Positions 1 to 10,542 of a stretch of DNA of 64,000 nt are shown here, one piece after another. Within the stretch, counting starts at the first letter, position 1, and each line of letters begins with the position of its first letter. This DNA comes from Escherichia coli (GTDB lineage: Bacteria > Pseudomonadota > Gammaproteobacteria > Enterobacterales > Enterobacteriaceae). A program made the translations under genes and the position numbers. The notes beneath the pieces were generated by a model, which was not told the origin of the DNA, searched no databases, and saw only the letters and a list, made by a program, of their open reading frames with translations. The stretch lies in assembly GCF_003334305.1 (NCBI RefSeq), contig NZ_QOWS01000003.1. The stretch is one strand, 5' to 3'.

Positions 1-320
1 CGCGCATTATTGCTGTGCTGGAGCCGCGCTCGAATACCATGAAAATGGGGATCTGCAAAGACGATCTGGCACCTTCATTAGGTCGTGCCGATGAAGTCTT
101 CCTGCTGCAACCGGCGCATATTCCGTGGCAGGTGGCAGAAGTGGCAGAAGCCTGCGTTCAGCCTGCACACTGGAGTGGCGATGTGGATACGCTGGCAGAT
201 ATGGTGGTGAAAACCGCTCAGCCTGGCGACCATATTCTGGTGATGAGCAACGGCGGTTTTGGTGGGATCCATCAGAAACTGCTGGATGGTCTGGCGAAGA
301 AGGCGGAAGCTGCGCAGTAA
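1..320 (+). CDS. mpl: Murein peptide ligase Mpl, 3' end only (CDS enters from upstream of the window)
   Basis: The frame is open from the window edge to TAA at 318-320. The C-terminal peptide ...MSNGGFGGIHQKLLDGLAKKAEAAQ and the position upstream of yjgA/pmbA match the E. coli mpl locus. Confidence 0.8.
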   Translation, partial: RIIAVLEPRSNTMKMGICKDDLAPSLGRADEVFLLQPAHIPWQVAEVAEACVQPAHWSGDVDTLADMVVKTAQPGDHILVMSNGGFGGIHQKLLDGLAKKAEAAQ

Positions 321-342
321 TTCGGCTTCAGCCTGATATAGC

Positions 343-448
343 ATTGCCGGATAAGGCGTTTACGCCGCATCCGGCATTTGAGCATAGTGCCTGATGCGAC
401 GCTTGATGCGTCTTATCCGGCCTACAGGTGCACCGCATCCGGCAAACC
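343..448. repeat. REP/BIME cluster (2-3 REP palindromic units)
   Basis: Contains tgccggataaggcgtttacgccgcatccggca and gcctgatgcgacgc...cttatccggcctac, the classic E. coli REP consensus, in an intergenic position. Confidence 0.8.
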
Positions 449-470
449 ATACTCACATCAACAACGAAAA

Positions 471-1022
471 TTACCCTTCATTCTCCGCCAGTTCGCGCAG
501 ATACTGGAAAATCTGGCGTGCGGATTTCGGCGGCTTATTCCCTTCTTTCTCTTTCTTCGCGTTACGGATCAGAGTACGCAGTTGCTGACGATCGGCATCG
601 GGCCACAGATTCAATACTTCAGCGATGGCGTCATCACCTTGATCGATCAGACGATCGCGCAGGTTTTCCAGTTTATGGAACAGCACCACCTGCTGGTTGT
701 GACGGTTTTTCAGCTTATCCAGCGCCTGACGAATAGGCTCTACGTCGCGCTGGCGCAGCATCTTACCGATGAGCTGCAACTGGCGGCGGCGACCTTCCAT
801 CTTAATACGCTGGGCGAGCTCAATAGCCGCGCGCAGATCCGCATCTAACGGGATCTTATCCAGCGCGTTTTTCCCCAGATCAACAATTTCCGCGCCAAGG
901 CGTTTTAGCTCCTCGGCATCACGTTTAATTTCACTTTTACTGACCCAGATAATTTCATCGTCTTCGTCTTCGATGTCATCACCGGGAACGTCGTCGAGCC
1001 AGTCTTCGGGCTGCTTAGTCAT
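471..1022 (-). CDS. yjgA: DUF615 ribosome-associated protein YjgA (DarP)
   Basis: 183-aa ORF with an acidic N-terminus ([23 protein letters not shown]). Size and synteny between mpl and pmbA fit yjgA. Confidence 0.9.
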
Positions 1023-1115
1023 CTCAGGCTCCTTAAAAAAAGAGGCTAATGTTACCAGTTAAGATGCGCACTGAAAAACGGTTCTCTGTTAGACTTCAGA
1101 GAAACTCTCTACATT

Positions 1116-2468
1116 ATGGCACTTGCAATGAAAGTAATCTCTCAAGTTGAAGCGCAGCGCAAGATTCTGGAAGAAGCAGTTTCCACTGCGCTGGAGTTGG
1201 CCTCAGGCAAATCGGACGGTGCGGAAGTTGCCGTCAGCAAGACCACCGGCATTAGCGTAAGCACGCGTTATGGTGAAGTGGAGAATGTTGAATTCAATAG
1301 CGATGGCGCGCTGGGGATCACTGTTTATCACCAGAACCGCAAAGGTAGCGCATCATCCACCGATTTAAGCCCGCAGGCCATTGCCCGCACCGTACAGGCG
1401 GCGCTGGATATTGCCCGTTATACCTCGCCAGATCCCTGTGCCGGCGTGGCAGACAAAGAGCTGCTGGCCTTTGACGCACCAGATCTCGACTTGTTCCACC
1501 CTGCGGAAGTTTCCCCGGATGAAGCCATTGAACTGGCGGCCCGCGCAGAACAGGCGGCATTGCAGGCGGACAAACGCATTACCAATACCGAAGGCGGCAG
1601 TTTTAACAGCCACTACGGTGTCAAAGTTTTTGGCAACAGCCACGGCATGTTGCAGGGTTACTGCTCTACGCGTCATTCACTCTCCAGCTGTGTAATTGCC
1701 GAAGAAAATGGCGATATGGAGCGTGATTACGCCTACACCATTGGTCGTGCGATGAGCGATCTGCAAACGCCAGAGTGGGTTGGGGCCGACTGTGCTCGCC
1801 GTACTTTATCGCGCCTGTCACCGCGTAAACTCTCCACCATGAAAGCGCCAGTCATTTTTGCCAATGAAGTGGCAACCGGGCTTTTTGGCCATCTGGTGGG
1901 GGCGATAGCGGGTGGCTCGGTTTACCGTAAATCTACCTTTCTGCTGGATTCGCTGGGTAAACAAATTCTGCCGGACTGGCTGACCATTGAAGAGCATCCG
2001 CATCTGCTGAAAGGGCTGGCGTCGACGCCATTCGACAGCGAAGGTGTGCGCACCGAGCGTCGCGATATTATTAAAGATGGCATCCTGACTCAGTGGCTGC
2101 TGACCAGCTACTCGGCGCGGAAACTGGGGCTGAAAAGCACCGGACATGCGGGCGGTATTCACAACTGGCGGATTGCCGGACAAGGGCTAAGCTTCGAACA
2201 AATGCTCAAAGAGATGGGCACCGGGCTGGTGGTGACGGAGCTGATGGGCCAGGGCGTGAGTGCCATTACCGGTGATTATTCCCGTGGTGCAGCGGGCTTC
2301 TGGGTAGAGAATGGCGAAATTCAGTATCCCGTTAGTGAAATCACCATCGCAGGTAATTTAAAAGATATGTGGCGCAATATTGTCACCGTCGGTAACGATA
2401 TTGAAACACGCAGTAATATACAGTGTGGTTCTGTGCTGTTGCCGGAGATGAAAATCGCCGGGCAGTAA
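1116..2468 (+). CDS. pmbA: Metalloprotease PmbA (TldE)
   Basis: 450-aa ORF starting [22 protein letters not shown]. The length and synteny are those of E. coli PmbA. Confidence 0.93.
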
Positions 2469-2509
2469 AAAACTGGCGCGACCTGCCGCGCTATAAACTA
2501 AAAAATTAC

Positions 2510-2632
2510 ACAAAATCATTCGCACTGCATCGAGACGGAAAGTGAATGAGGGCCGGGGAGCGTACTCGCAGTACGTGACCCGGGCGAATGAGCGTAGCCG
2601 TCGATGAGGCAGTGTGAAGGATGAAGTGTAAA
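2510..2632. repeat. Degenerate ERIC/IRU-like imperfect palindrome
   Basis: The core agtgaatgagggccggggagcgtactcgcagtacgtgacccgggcgaatgagcgtagcc parallels the ERIC consensus GTGAATCCCCAGGAGCTTACATAAGTAAGTGACTGGGGTGAGCG. The flanking arms cattcgcactgcatcgagacgg and ccgtcgatgaggcagtgtgaaggatg are inverted. Confidence 0.55.
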
Positions 2633-2647
2633 TAAAAAAGGAAGTGA

Positions 2648-3037
<390 letters not shown>

Positions 3038-3081
3038 TTCCTCATTTCCCTGTTGCCTGCACTCAGGTAACAGGGAACTTA

Positions 3082-3546
3082 TCATCGCAAATGATGCACC
3101 ACCTGATTGCTGCTGCCGCGCCAGATCAGGGAAGGGTCTTTTAAATCCTGCACAAATTTGCCGTCGACCAGTACGTTAATCAAATCAACAACCTGCATTT
3201 GCGCAGCGTTGAGTTCGTCGAGTTTATAGCCTGTCCACACCCAGATGTCTTTACCCGGACACTCGGCGCGGATGCGTTTTACCAGTTTCAGAATATCCGG
3301 CACGTTTTGCGGATGCAGCGGATCGCCGCCGGAGAGGGAAATCCCCTGGCGTTTGATACGAGTGTCATTCAGATCTTTAATGATCTTGTCTTCCATTGCT
3401 TTGGTAAATGGCTGACCAGAATTTACCCGCCATGTGCTTTTGTTATAGCAACCGGGGCATTCATGAACACACCCGGAGACAAACAGGGTGCAGCGAGTGC
3501 CGGGGCCGTTGACGATGTCGACAGGATAGTACTGATGATAATTCAT
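3082..3546 (-). CDS. nrdG: Anaerobic ribonucleotide reductase activating protein (radical SAM)
   Basis: 154 aa with a CxxxCxxC-type cluster motif (GCVHECPGCYNKSTW). It lies downstream of nrdD. Confidence 0.95.
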   Translation of the reverse strand: MNYHQYYPVDIVNGPGTRCTLFVSGCVHECPGCYNKSTWRVNSGQPFTKAMEDKIIKDLNDTRIKRQGISLSGGDPLHPQNVPDILKLVKRIRAECPGKDIWVWTGYKLDELNAAQMQVVDLINVLVDGKFVQDLKDPSLIWRGSSNQVVHHLR

Positions 3547-3571
3547 TATTTCGCCTGGCTTATCAGTCCGC

Positions 3572-3696
<125 letters not shown>

Positions 3697-3703
3697 GTGA
3701 AGA

Positions 3704-5842
3704 TTAACCTATCTGCCCATTCCCCAAATGTTTAACGCGGCGCTTAACTTCTTCCTGCTTACCAGCGTTAAACGGACGTGCATCCGGGCTACCTAAATAT
3801 CCGCACACGCGGCGAGTCACCGACACACGGGAGGCGTCATGGTTACCACATTTCGGGCAAGTGAAGCCTTTGCTGGTGCACTCGAACTCACCGGTAAAGC
3901 CACACTCGTAGCACTCATCAATCGGTGTATTGGTGCCGTAATACGGTACATGCTGATAGCTGTAATCCCAGACATCTTCCAGCGCCTTCAGGTTGTGCTG
4001 AATGTTTGGATACTCGCCGTAGCAAATGAAACCACCGTTCGCTAGCGGCGGGTAAGGCGCTTCAAAGTCGATCTTGTCGTACGGGTTCACCTTCTTCTCC
4101 ACATCGAGGTGGAAACTGTTGGTGTAGTAACCTTTATCGGTCACGCCCGGCACCACGCCAAACTCAGCAGTATCGAGACGGCAGAAGCGGTCGCACAGGT
4201 TTTCACTCGGCGTGCTGTAGAGACTGAAACCATAACCCGTTTCTTCTTTCCACTGATCCACTGCCTGGCGCAGACGTTCAACAATGGCGATACCTTTCGC
4301 GCGAAGCTGCTCGTTGTCGTAAACATGCTCGCCGCCGAACAGCGCGTTAATGGTTTCGTGGATGCCGATGTAACCCAGCGAAATAGACGCACGACCGTTT
4401 TTGAAGATTTCAGAAACATCATCGTCAGCATTCAGACGTACGCCACAAGCACCTTCCATATAGAGGATCGGGGCGACGCGCGCTTTCACGCCTTCGAGAC
4501 GAGCGATACGGGTCATCAGTGCCTTACGTGCCAGCACCAGACGTTCATCCAGCAGCTTCCAGAAGGTGGCTTCATCGCCTTTTGCTTCCAGAGCAATACG
4601 CGGCAGGTTCAGGCTGATCACGCCGAGGTTGTTACGACCATCGTGGATCTGCTCGCCGTTTTCATTTTCCCACACGCCGAGGAAGCTGCGGCAGCCCATC
4701 GGGGTTTTAAACGAACCGGTGACTTTCACTACCTGATCGTAGTTCAGGATATCCGGATACATGCGCTTGCTTGCGCACTCCAGCGCCAGCTGTTTGATGT
4801 CGTAGTTCGGATCGCCTTTTTTATGGTTCAGGCCATCGCGAATCGCAAACACCAGTTTCGGGAACACCGCAGTTTTACGGTTTTTACCAAGGCCTGCGAT
4901 ACGGTTACGCAGGATAGATTCCTGAATCAGGCGCGATTCCCAGCTGGTGCCCAGACCAAAACCAAAGGTTACAAACGGCGTCTGACCGTTGGCGGTGTGC
5001 AGGGTGTTTACTTCGTACTCCAGCGACTGGAAGGCATCGTAGCACTCTTTGATGGTACGAGAGTTTGCGTAGCCTTCGGCGTCCGGGATGTTCCACTCTT
5101 CTGCGGTCTTGCGATGTTTGTTGTAGCTGGCGGTAACAAACGGCGCCAGCACTTCATCGATACGGTTAATGGTGGTGCCGCCATAAATATGGCTGGCGAC
5201 CTGAGCAATAATCTGCGCAGTTACCGCGGTTGCCGTAGAGATCGACTTCGGCGGTTCAATCTCGGCGTTCCCCATTTTAAAGCCCTGGGTCAGCATGCCT
5301 TTCAGGTCGATCAACATGCAGTTGAACATCGGGAAGAACGGCGAGTAATCGAGATCGTGATAGTGAATATCGCCACGCTCATGTGCCTGCACCACGTCAC
5401 GCGGCAGCAGGTGCTGGCGTGCATAGTGTTTAGCCACGATCCCGGCCAGCAGGTCGCGCTGGGTTGGAATCACCTTGCTGTCTTTGTTGGCGTTTTCGTT
5501 GAGTAACGAGGCGTTGGTCTGCTCGACCAGACCACGGATCTCCTGGTTCAGGCGACCGCGTTTTTCACGTTCAATGTCGCGATCGTGACGGTACTCGATG
5601 TAAGCACGAGCCAGTTGTTTGTATGGACCCGACATCAGCTGGTTTTCAACTGCGGTCTGGATCTCGTTGATATCCACCTGGTTGCGGCCCTGCATCTGCT
5701 CGCTGACAACCGCGGCAACAGTGGCGCAATAATCGGCATCATCGACTTCCGCTGCTTTAGCTGCACGCAGAATCGCTTCTTTGATGCGCTCTGATTTAAA
5801 CGGCACTTTGCAGCCGTCTCGTTTCATCACATGCGGTGTCAT
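3704..5842 (-). CDS. nrdD: Anaerobic (class III) ribonucleoside-triphosphate reductase
   Basis: 712 aa with an N-terminal ATP-cone (MTPHVMKRDGCKVPFKSERIKEAI), a C-terminal Zn-Cys cluster (CYECGF...CPKCG) and the glycyl-radical motif RRVCGYLG. Confidence 0.96.
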   Translation of the reverse strand: MTPHVMKRDGCKVPFKSERIKEAILRAAKAAEVDDADYCATVAAVVSEQMQGRNQVDINEIQTAVENQLMSGPYKQLARAYIEYRHDRDIEREKRGRLNQEIRGLVEQTNASLLNENANKDSKVIPTQRDLLAGIVAKHYARQHLLPRDVVQAHERGDIHYHDLDYSPFFPMFNCMLIDLKGMLTQGFKMGNAEIEPPKSISTATAVTAQIIAQVASHIYGGTTINRIDEVLAPFVTASYNKHRKTAEEWNIPDAEGYANSRTIKECYDAFQSLEYEVNTLHTANGQTPFVTFGFGLGTSWESRLIQESILRNRIAGLGKNRKTAVFPKLVFAIRDGLNHKKGDPNYDIKQLALECASKRMYPDILNYDQVVKVTGSFKTPMGCRSFLGVWENENGEQIHDGRNNLGVISLNLPRIALEAKGDEATFWKLLDERLVLARKALMTRIARLEGVKARVAPILYMEGACGVRLNADDDVSEIFKNGRASISLGYIGIHETINALFGGEHVYDNEQLRAKGIAIVERLRQAVDQWKEETGYGFSLYSTPSENLCDRFCRLDTAEFGVVPGVTDKGYYTNSFHLDVEKKVNPYDKIDFEAPYPPLANGGFICYGEYPNIQHNLKALEDVWDYSYQHVPYYGTNTPIDECYECGFTGEFECTSKGFTCPKCGNHDASRVSVTRRVCGYLGSPDARPFNAGKQEEVKRRVKHLGNGQIG

Positions 5843-6002
5843 GATCGCTCCATATTTTTAAGAACAGGTTATCCACAGAAATTGGGAAAGGCGTTTTCCG
5901 GTTTTTTCGTTTCGTTTTCCGGTGCTTTCCGCAATCGCCATCCGCTTATCCACAACGCCGCACCTTTTTCGTGGGGAGCTGTAGTAGCAATTATAGTCGA
6001 TT

Positions 6003-6049
6003 AATACAACATATTGGGTTGGGACGCATTTTAAAGTCTATATATAGTG
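6003..6049 (-). promoter_or_regulatory. Tandem NrdR boxes in the nrdDG promoter
   Basis: Two 16-mers, atacaacatattgggt (6003-6018) and agtctatatatagtgc (6034-6049), fit the NrdR palindrome acaCwAtATaTwGtgt. Their starts are 31 bp apart, which is the typical tandem spacing. Confidence 0.65.
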
Positions 6050-6077
6050 CTTTGCATCAAGGATGTTTGAACTTTTT

Positions 6078-6091
6078 TTGATGTAGCTCAA
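6078..6091 (-). promoter_or_regulatory. FNR-type site upstream of nrdD
   Basis: ttgatgtagctcaa matches TTGAT-N4-ATCAA at 9 of 10 positions. nrdDG is known to be FNR-activated. Confidence 0.6.
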
Positions 6092-6193
6092 AGTAAAAAG
6101 CAGAGCGTACGGATGACGGGCGCTACAGCGTTATGTAAATTTTTTAATGAATTTGCTGGTTGAAAAATCAACAAAAACAACATGCTGACAGAC

Positions 6194-6226
6194 AAAACCC
6201 CGGAATGACAGGCATTCCCGGGGCTT
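6194..6226 (-). terminator. Rho-independent terminator after treC
   Basis: On the minus strand, the hairpin ccccgggaatgcctgtcattccgggg is followed by ttttg immediately after the treC stop. Confidence 0.75.
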
Positions 6227-6235
6227 AGCGGATAC

Positions 6236-7891
6236 TTACTTCTGTAACCACCAGACAGCCTCAAAAGGCCGTAAAGTCATGGCACAGGGTTGTGGTGAGG
6301 CTTCTTCGTAGTTATGCATCACAAGCTGCCAGTTGCCGCGCATTTGCCCTGGCTGCCAGGGTTGGATCTCACGGCTAAGGTTGGCAATGACCAGCAAGGT
6401 TTGCCCCTTCCATTCACGGCGATAGCACCACAATACAGGGCTGTTTGGCAGCAGATCCTGGTAATTGCCCCATGTCAGGATGGCTTCTTGCTTACGCAGT
6501 GCGATTAACTTTTGGTAGGTGTAAAACACCGAGGAGTCATCGGCCAGCGCGGCTTCTACGTTGATTTGTTGATAGTTATCGCCCAGGCCAATCCACGGTT
6601 CGCCAGCCGTAAACCCGGCATTATCGCCGTTGCTCCATTGCATGGGCGTGCGGCTGTTGTCACGGGATTTACTGGCGAGGATTGCCAATAACTCGTCGGC
6701 ATCACGACCATCGTTGCGCAGCTCGGCAAACATATTGAGGCTCTCCACGTCGCGATAGTCAGTAATGCGCGTGAAATGCGGGTTGGTCATGCCAATCTCT
6801 TCGCCCTGGTAGATATACGGCGTTCCCTGCATGCCATGCAGCACCATCGCCAGCATTTTTGCCGCAGGCACGCGGTATTCACCTTCATCACCAAAGCGAG
6901 AAATAATGCGCGGCTGATCGTGGTTACACCAGAACAAGGCATTCCATGCCACGTTGTGCATTCCTTGTTGCCAGTGGCGGAACAATGTTTTCAACGCCAC
7001 AAAGTCAGGTTTAGCCAGCGTCCATTTTTCACCACCGGGATAATCGACCTTCAGGTGATGAAAATTAAAGGTCATCGACAATTCACTGCCTGTCAGTGCC
7101 GCGTATCGCTGGCAATGCTCAAGGCTGGTGGAGGACATTTCACCTACGGTCATTAACCCGCGTGGCGTAAACACATCGCGGTTCATCTCGTGCAAAAACT
7201 CGTGTGCTCGTGGCCCGTCGGTGTAAAAGCGACGCCCGTCGCCATCCAGGTCTTCAGGGAAACGCGGGTCTTTGGAGATCAGATTCACCACATCCAGGCG
7301 CAACCCGTCGACCCCACGATCGGCCCAGAATTCACAGACTTTTTTCAGCTCTGCGCGTACCGCTGGATTCTCCCAGTTGAGATCCGCCTGTTCTGGTGCA
7401 AAGAGATGCAAATAGTACTGTTCGCTTTCCGCATGCCAGCGCCACGCACTACCGCCAAATTTTGAACGCCAGTTGTTCGGTGGCGTTTCTGGTTCGCCAT
7501 CGCGCCAGATATAAAACTGGCGGTAAGGGCTTTCTTTGTTCAGCGCCTCGCGAAACCAGGCATGTTGGGTAGAGGTATGGTTAAACACCATATCAAGAAT
7601 GATACGAATCCCGCGCGATTTTGCCTGCGTCACCAGTTCGTCAAAATCGTCCAGCGTGCCGTAGGTGGGATCAATCGCCGTATAGTTCGCTACGTCGTAA
7701 CCGTTATCGACCTGGGGAGAGATATAAAAGGGGGTTAGCCAGATGGCATCAACGCCCAGTTTATGCAGATAGTCCAGGCGTTGGATAACGCCACGTAAAT
7801 CGCCGGTGCCGCTACCCGTGGTGTCCTGAAAACTCTTTGGATAAATCTGGTAGATAACGCCGTTTTGCCACCAGTGGGGAAGATTAGTCAT
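6236..7891 (-). CDS. treC: Trehalose-6-phosphate hydrolase
   Basis: The ORF-track frame was trimmed to the internal ATG giving MTNLPHWWQNGVIYQIYPKSF (551 aa), a GH13 alpha-amylase-family N-terminus. The longer 600-aa extension overlaps treB. Confidence 0.93.
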   Translation of the reverse strand: MTNLPHWWQNGVIYQIYPKSFQDTTGSGTGDLRGVIQRLDYLHKLGVDAIWLTPFYISPQVDNGYDVANYTAIDPTYGTLDDFDELVTQAKSRGIRIILDMVFNHTSTQHAWFREALNKESPYRQFYIWRDGEPETPPNNWRSKFGGSAWRWHAESEQYYLHLFAPEQADLNWENPAVRAELKKVCEFWADRGVDGLRLDVVNLISKDPRFPEDLDGDGRRFYTDGPRAHEFLHEMNRDVFTPRGLMTVGEMSSTSLEHCQRYAALTGSELSMTFNFHHLKVDYPGGEKWTLAKPDFVALKTLFRHWQQGMHNVAWNALFWCNHDQPRIISRFGDEGEYRVPAAKMLAMVLHGMQGTPYIYQGEEIGMTNPHFTRITDYRDVESLNMFAELRNDGRDADELLAILASKSRDNSRTPMQWSNGDNAGFTAGEPWIGLGDNYQQINVEAALADDSSVFYTYQKLIALRKQEAILTWGNYQDLLPNSPVLWCYRREWKGQTLLVIANLSREIQPWQPGQMRGNWQLVMHNYEEASPQPCAMTLRPFEAVWWLQK

Positions 7892-7940
7892 TACGTTATT
7901 CCTGCAAATGCGAGGGGGCGCAATTGCGCCCCGAAGAAAA

Positions 7941-9362
7941 TTAAACAATATCCAGCGTGCCCAGGCGGTATTTCCGCTGATAGATAAACGAGGTGAGTAC
8001 AATCGGGATGATGATGGCGATAACCATTGCCAGCGCAAATACCTGCCAGTAGCTCGGTTGAATCGAGAGAATTCCCGGCAGGCCGCCTACGCCGATACCA
8101 TTCGCCATAACGCCGTTCAGGCCGCATAGTAATCCTGCCAGACCAGAACCAATCATCGCGCACAGCATCGGGAAGCGATATTTCAGGTTGATGCCGTACA
8201 TTGCAGGCTCAGTGACCCCAAGCCAGGCGGAGATAGCGGCAGGCACGGAGATCTCGCGTTCATTGTGCTTGCGGCTGGAAATGATAATGCCTATCACGGC
8301 GGAGCCCTGAGCGATATTCGACAGCGCAATCAGCGGCCACACTGGCGTGCCACCCATGCTTTGAATCATCTGCAAATCAATAGCAAGGGTGGTCTGGTGT
8401 ACGCCGGTGATCACCAGCGGCGCGTACAGGAAGCCAAACAATGCCGCACCAATCGGAGCAAAGCTGCCGGTCATCAGGTGACGTACCGCAAAGGCAACGC
8501 CATCGCCAATCATGCGACCAAACGGACCAATCAGCGCATGGGCGAGGAACACCGCGAGGATCAGCGAACAGACGGGCACCACCACCAGATAGAGGTAATC
8601 CGGTACGATGCGTTTAAGGCGAGTTTCAATAACGCCCAGCGCCAGCCCGGCTAACAGTGCCGGGATCACCTGCGCCTGATAGCCCACTTTGGCGATGCTG
8701 AACATGCCAAAGTCCCACACTTCCGGCAGCTGCTGCCCGAGCAGATAAGCGTTCATCAGCTGGGGGGAAACCAGTGTCACGCCAAGCACGATACCAAGGA
8801 TCGGCGTGCCGCCCATTTTTTTCACCGCTGACCAGCAAATCCCGACCGGCAGGTAGAAGAAGATCGCTTCACCGATCAACCACAGAAAATCGTAGATCGT
8901 TTGCAGGGAAGGGTACATTTGCGCCAGCGTTTGACCGTTGCTCATGGGCAAATCGCCGATCACATTACGAAAACCGAGGATCAAACCGCCGCTAATCAAC
9001 GCGGGCAGCAACGGGAAGAAGATCTCCGCGAAATGAGAGATCAACTGCTCATGCCATTTCATATTCTGCCGGGCGGCTTTTTTTACCTGCTCTTTATCAA
9101 CCTGCGCCTGTCCGGTTGACGCTATTAGTGCTTGATAGTAATCACCCACGTTGGTGCCAATCACCACCTGAAATTGCCCGGCATTGGTGAAACAGCCTTT
9201 CACCATGGGGAGTTGCTCAATTTCTTTCGGTCTGGCATTGGCCGGTTGGTTGAGGACAAAGCGCAGGCGAGTAATACAGTGGCTCACCGTCGCAATATTG
9301 CCGCGCCCGCCGACCAGTTCAATCAACCGATCGATATCCGTTTGGTTTATTTTGCTCATCAT
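7941..9362 (-). CDS. treB: PTS trehalose-specific EIIBC component
   Basis: 473 aa with an EIIB Cys motif (VSHCITRLRF) followed by a polytopic EIIC domain. Synteny is treR-treB-treC. Confidence 0.95.
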   Translation of the reverse strand: MMSKINQTDIDRLIELVGGRGNIATVSHCITRLRFVLNQPANARPKEIEQLPMVKGCFTNAGQFQVVIGTNVGDYYQALIASTGQAQVDKEQVKKAARQNMKWHEQLISHFAEIFFPLLPALISGGLILGFRNVIGDLPMSNGQTLAQMYPSLQTIYDFLWLIGEAIFFYLPVGICWSAVKKMGGTPILGIVLGVTLVSPQLMNAYLLGQQLPEVWDFGMFSIAKVGYQAQVIPALLAGLALGVIETRLKRIVPDYLYLVVVPVCSLILAVFLAHALIGPFGRMIGDGVAFAVRHLMTGSFAPIGAALFGFLYAPLVITGVHQTTLAIDLQMIQSMGGTPVWPLIALSNIAQGSAVIGIIISSRKHNEREISVPAAISAWLGVTEPAMYGINLKYRFPMLCAMIGSGLAGLLCGLNGVMANGIGVGGLPGILSIQPSYWQVFALAMVIAIIIPIVLTSFIYQRKYRLGTLDIV

Positions 9363-9427
9363 AAAGCCCCATGGCAGATGACATTTTTGGTTGGCTGCAG
9401 AATATATTGCGCGGAAAAATTTAAAAA

Positions 9428-9441
9428 CGGGAACGTTCCCG
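9428..9441. promoter_or_regulatory. Perfect 14-bp palindrome, candidate TreR (LacI-family) operator in the treB promoter
   Basis: cgggaacgttcccg is a perfect inverted repeat with a central CG, typical of LacI/GalR operators. It lies in the treR-treB intergenic region. Confidence 0.55.
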
Positions 9442-9480
9442 AAACGCAGCGAAGATCACAATTTATCGTTCAGGAAACGA

Positions 9481-10428
9481 TCAGGACAGGGTGGCGGGGA
9501 TGATGATTTGTTGCGGTTCGCTGCGCCCGGTTACCTGTGCGATCAATTGGCAGGCCGCCTGGCGTCCAGCTTCGGCGTAGCCAGGATCTACGGTGACGAT
9601 CTCCGGATGAAGGAATTTCATTAACGGCGTATTACCGACGCTCGCCAGTTGCAAGGTGTCGATGCGTTGCTCTTGCAGGTATTTACTTGCGCCAAGAGCC
9701 AGAGTGTCGGTTGCGCACAGTAACGCGGTAGTTTCAGGCGTAATCACTTTTGCTACGTTTTCATAGCCTTGCTTCATAGCAAGCCCTGGCAGAGCGGCAA
9801 CGGGATGCAGTTTATGCGCTTTGCAGAACGCCAGGTAGGCTTCGTGACGTCGCTTCCCGGTCGTCACGTCACTATGCGGCACGCCGAGATAACTGATATT
9901 GCGATGCCCCTGGTCATAGAGCCGTTGCATCAGGATCTTGATTGCCCCTTCGTCGTCATAACAGACCGAAGCAAAGCCTTTTGCGTCACGCGCCAGCAGA
10001 ACCAGCGATGACTGCCAGTGGGCTAACATTTCTTCTGTTATGCCAGTAAAACCGAACAACACTACGCCGTCGATATTACGCCGTTTCAGCACCCCCAAAT
10101 GTTCGGCAACTAATTGCGGGGAAAACTGACTTTCCATCATGATTGGGTCGTAACCTTGTTCATAGAACGCTGGCAGCATGGTTTGAACAGCGAGATTTTC
10201 TGACAACGAATCCAGGCGGGTAACAATGATGGCGACCACTTTATCGCTTTGCCCACGCATAGCGCGCGCAGAGCGGGAAGGGGAAAATCCATGCTGATTC
10301 ATCACTGCTTCAACACGCTCGCGGGTGCGCTGGCTCACGCCGCTTTCGTTATTCAGCACCCGGGAAACCGTAGATTTCCCCACGCCGCTTAAGCGCGCGA
10401 TGTCTTTGATGGTCAGCCGATTTTGCAT
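9481..10428 (-). CDS. treR: Trehalose repressor, LacI family
   Basis: 315 aa with an N-terminal HTH (LTIKDIARLSGVGKSTVSRVLNN) and a periplasmic-binding-protein-like core. Confidence 0.95.
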   Translation of the reverse strand: MQNRLTIKDIARLSGVGKSTVSRVLNNESGVSQRTRERVEAVMNQHGFSPSRSARAMRGQSDKVVAIIVTRLDSLSENLAVQTMLPAFYEQGYDPIMMESQFSPQLVAEHLGVLKRRNIDGVVLFGFTGITEEMLAHWQSSLVLLARDAKGFASVCYDDEGAIKILMQRLYDQGHRNISYLGVPHSDVTTGKRRHEAYLAFCKAHKLHPVAALPGLAMKQGYENVAKVITPETTALLCATDTLALGASKYLQEQRIDTLQLASVGNTPLMKFLHPEIVTVDPGYAEAGRQAACQLIAQVTGRSEPQQIIIPATLS

Positions 10429-10502
10429 CCTGTTGTCCTGTAACGTGTTGTTTAATTATTTGAGCCTAACTTTACCCGTGCATTCAGCAATGGGTAAAGT
10501 CT

Positions 10503-10519
10503 GGTTTATCGTTGGTTTA
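10503..10519 (+). promoter_or_regulatory. PhoP box of the mgtA promoter
   Basis: ggtttatcgttggttta is a direct repeat of GGTTTA spaced by 5 nt (consensus (T/G)GTTTA-N5-(T/G)GTTTA). It sits 12 bp upstream of a tattat -10 at 10532-10537. Confidence 0.75.
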
Positions 10520-10542
10520 GTTGCCAGCAGGTATTATATCGC

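Noticed and set aside
378-848. 156-aa + strand ORF (and overlapping 64-aa and 102-aa ORFs) starting inside the REP cluster
   Set aside because: It begins within REP repeats and runs antisense through yjgA. The yjgA frame is the one with a coherent protein sequence and known synteny.
4109-5506. 465-aa + strand ORF inside nrdD
   Set aside because: It is antisense to nrdD and has no Shine-Dalgarno sequence or recognisable domain. It is a shadow frame of a strongly codon-biased gene.
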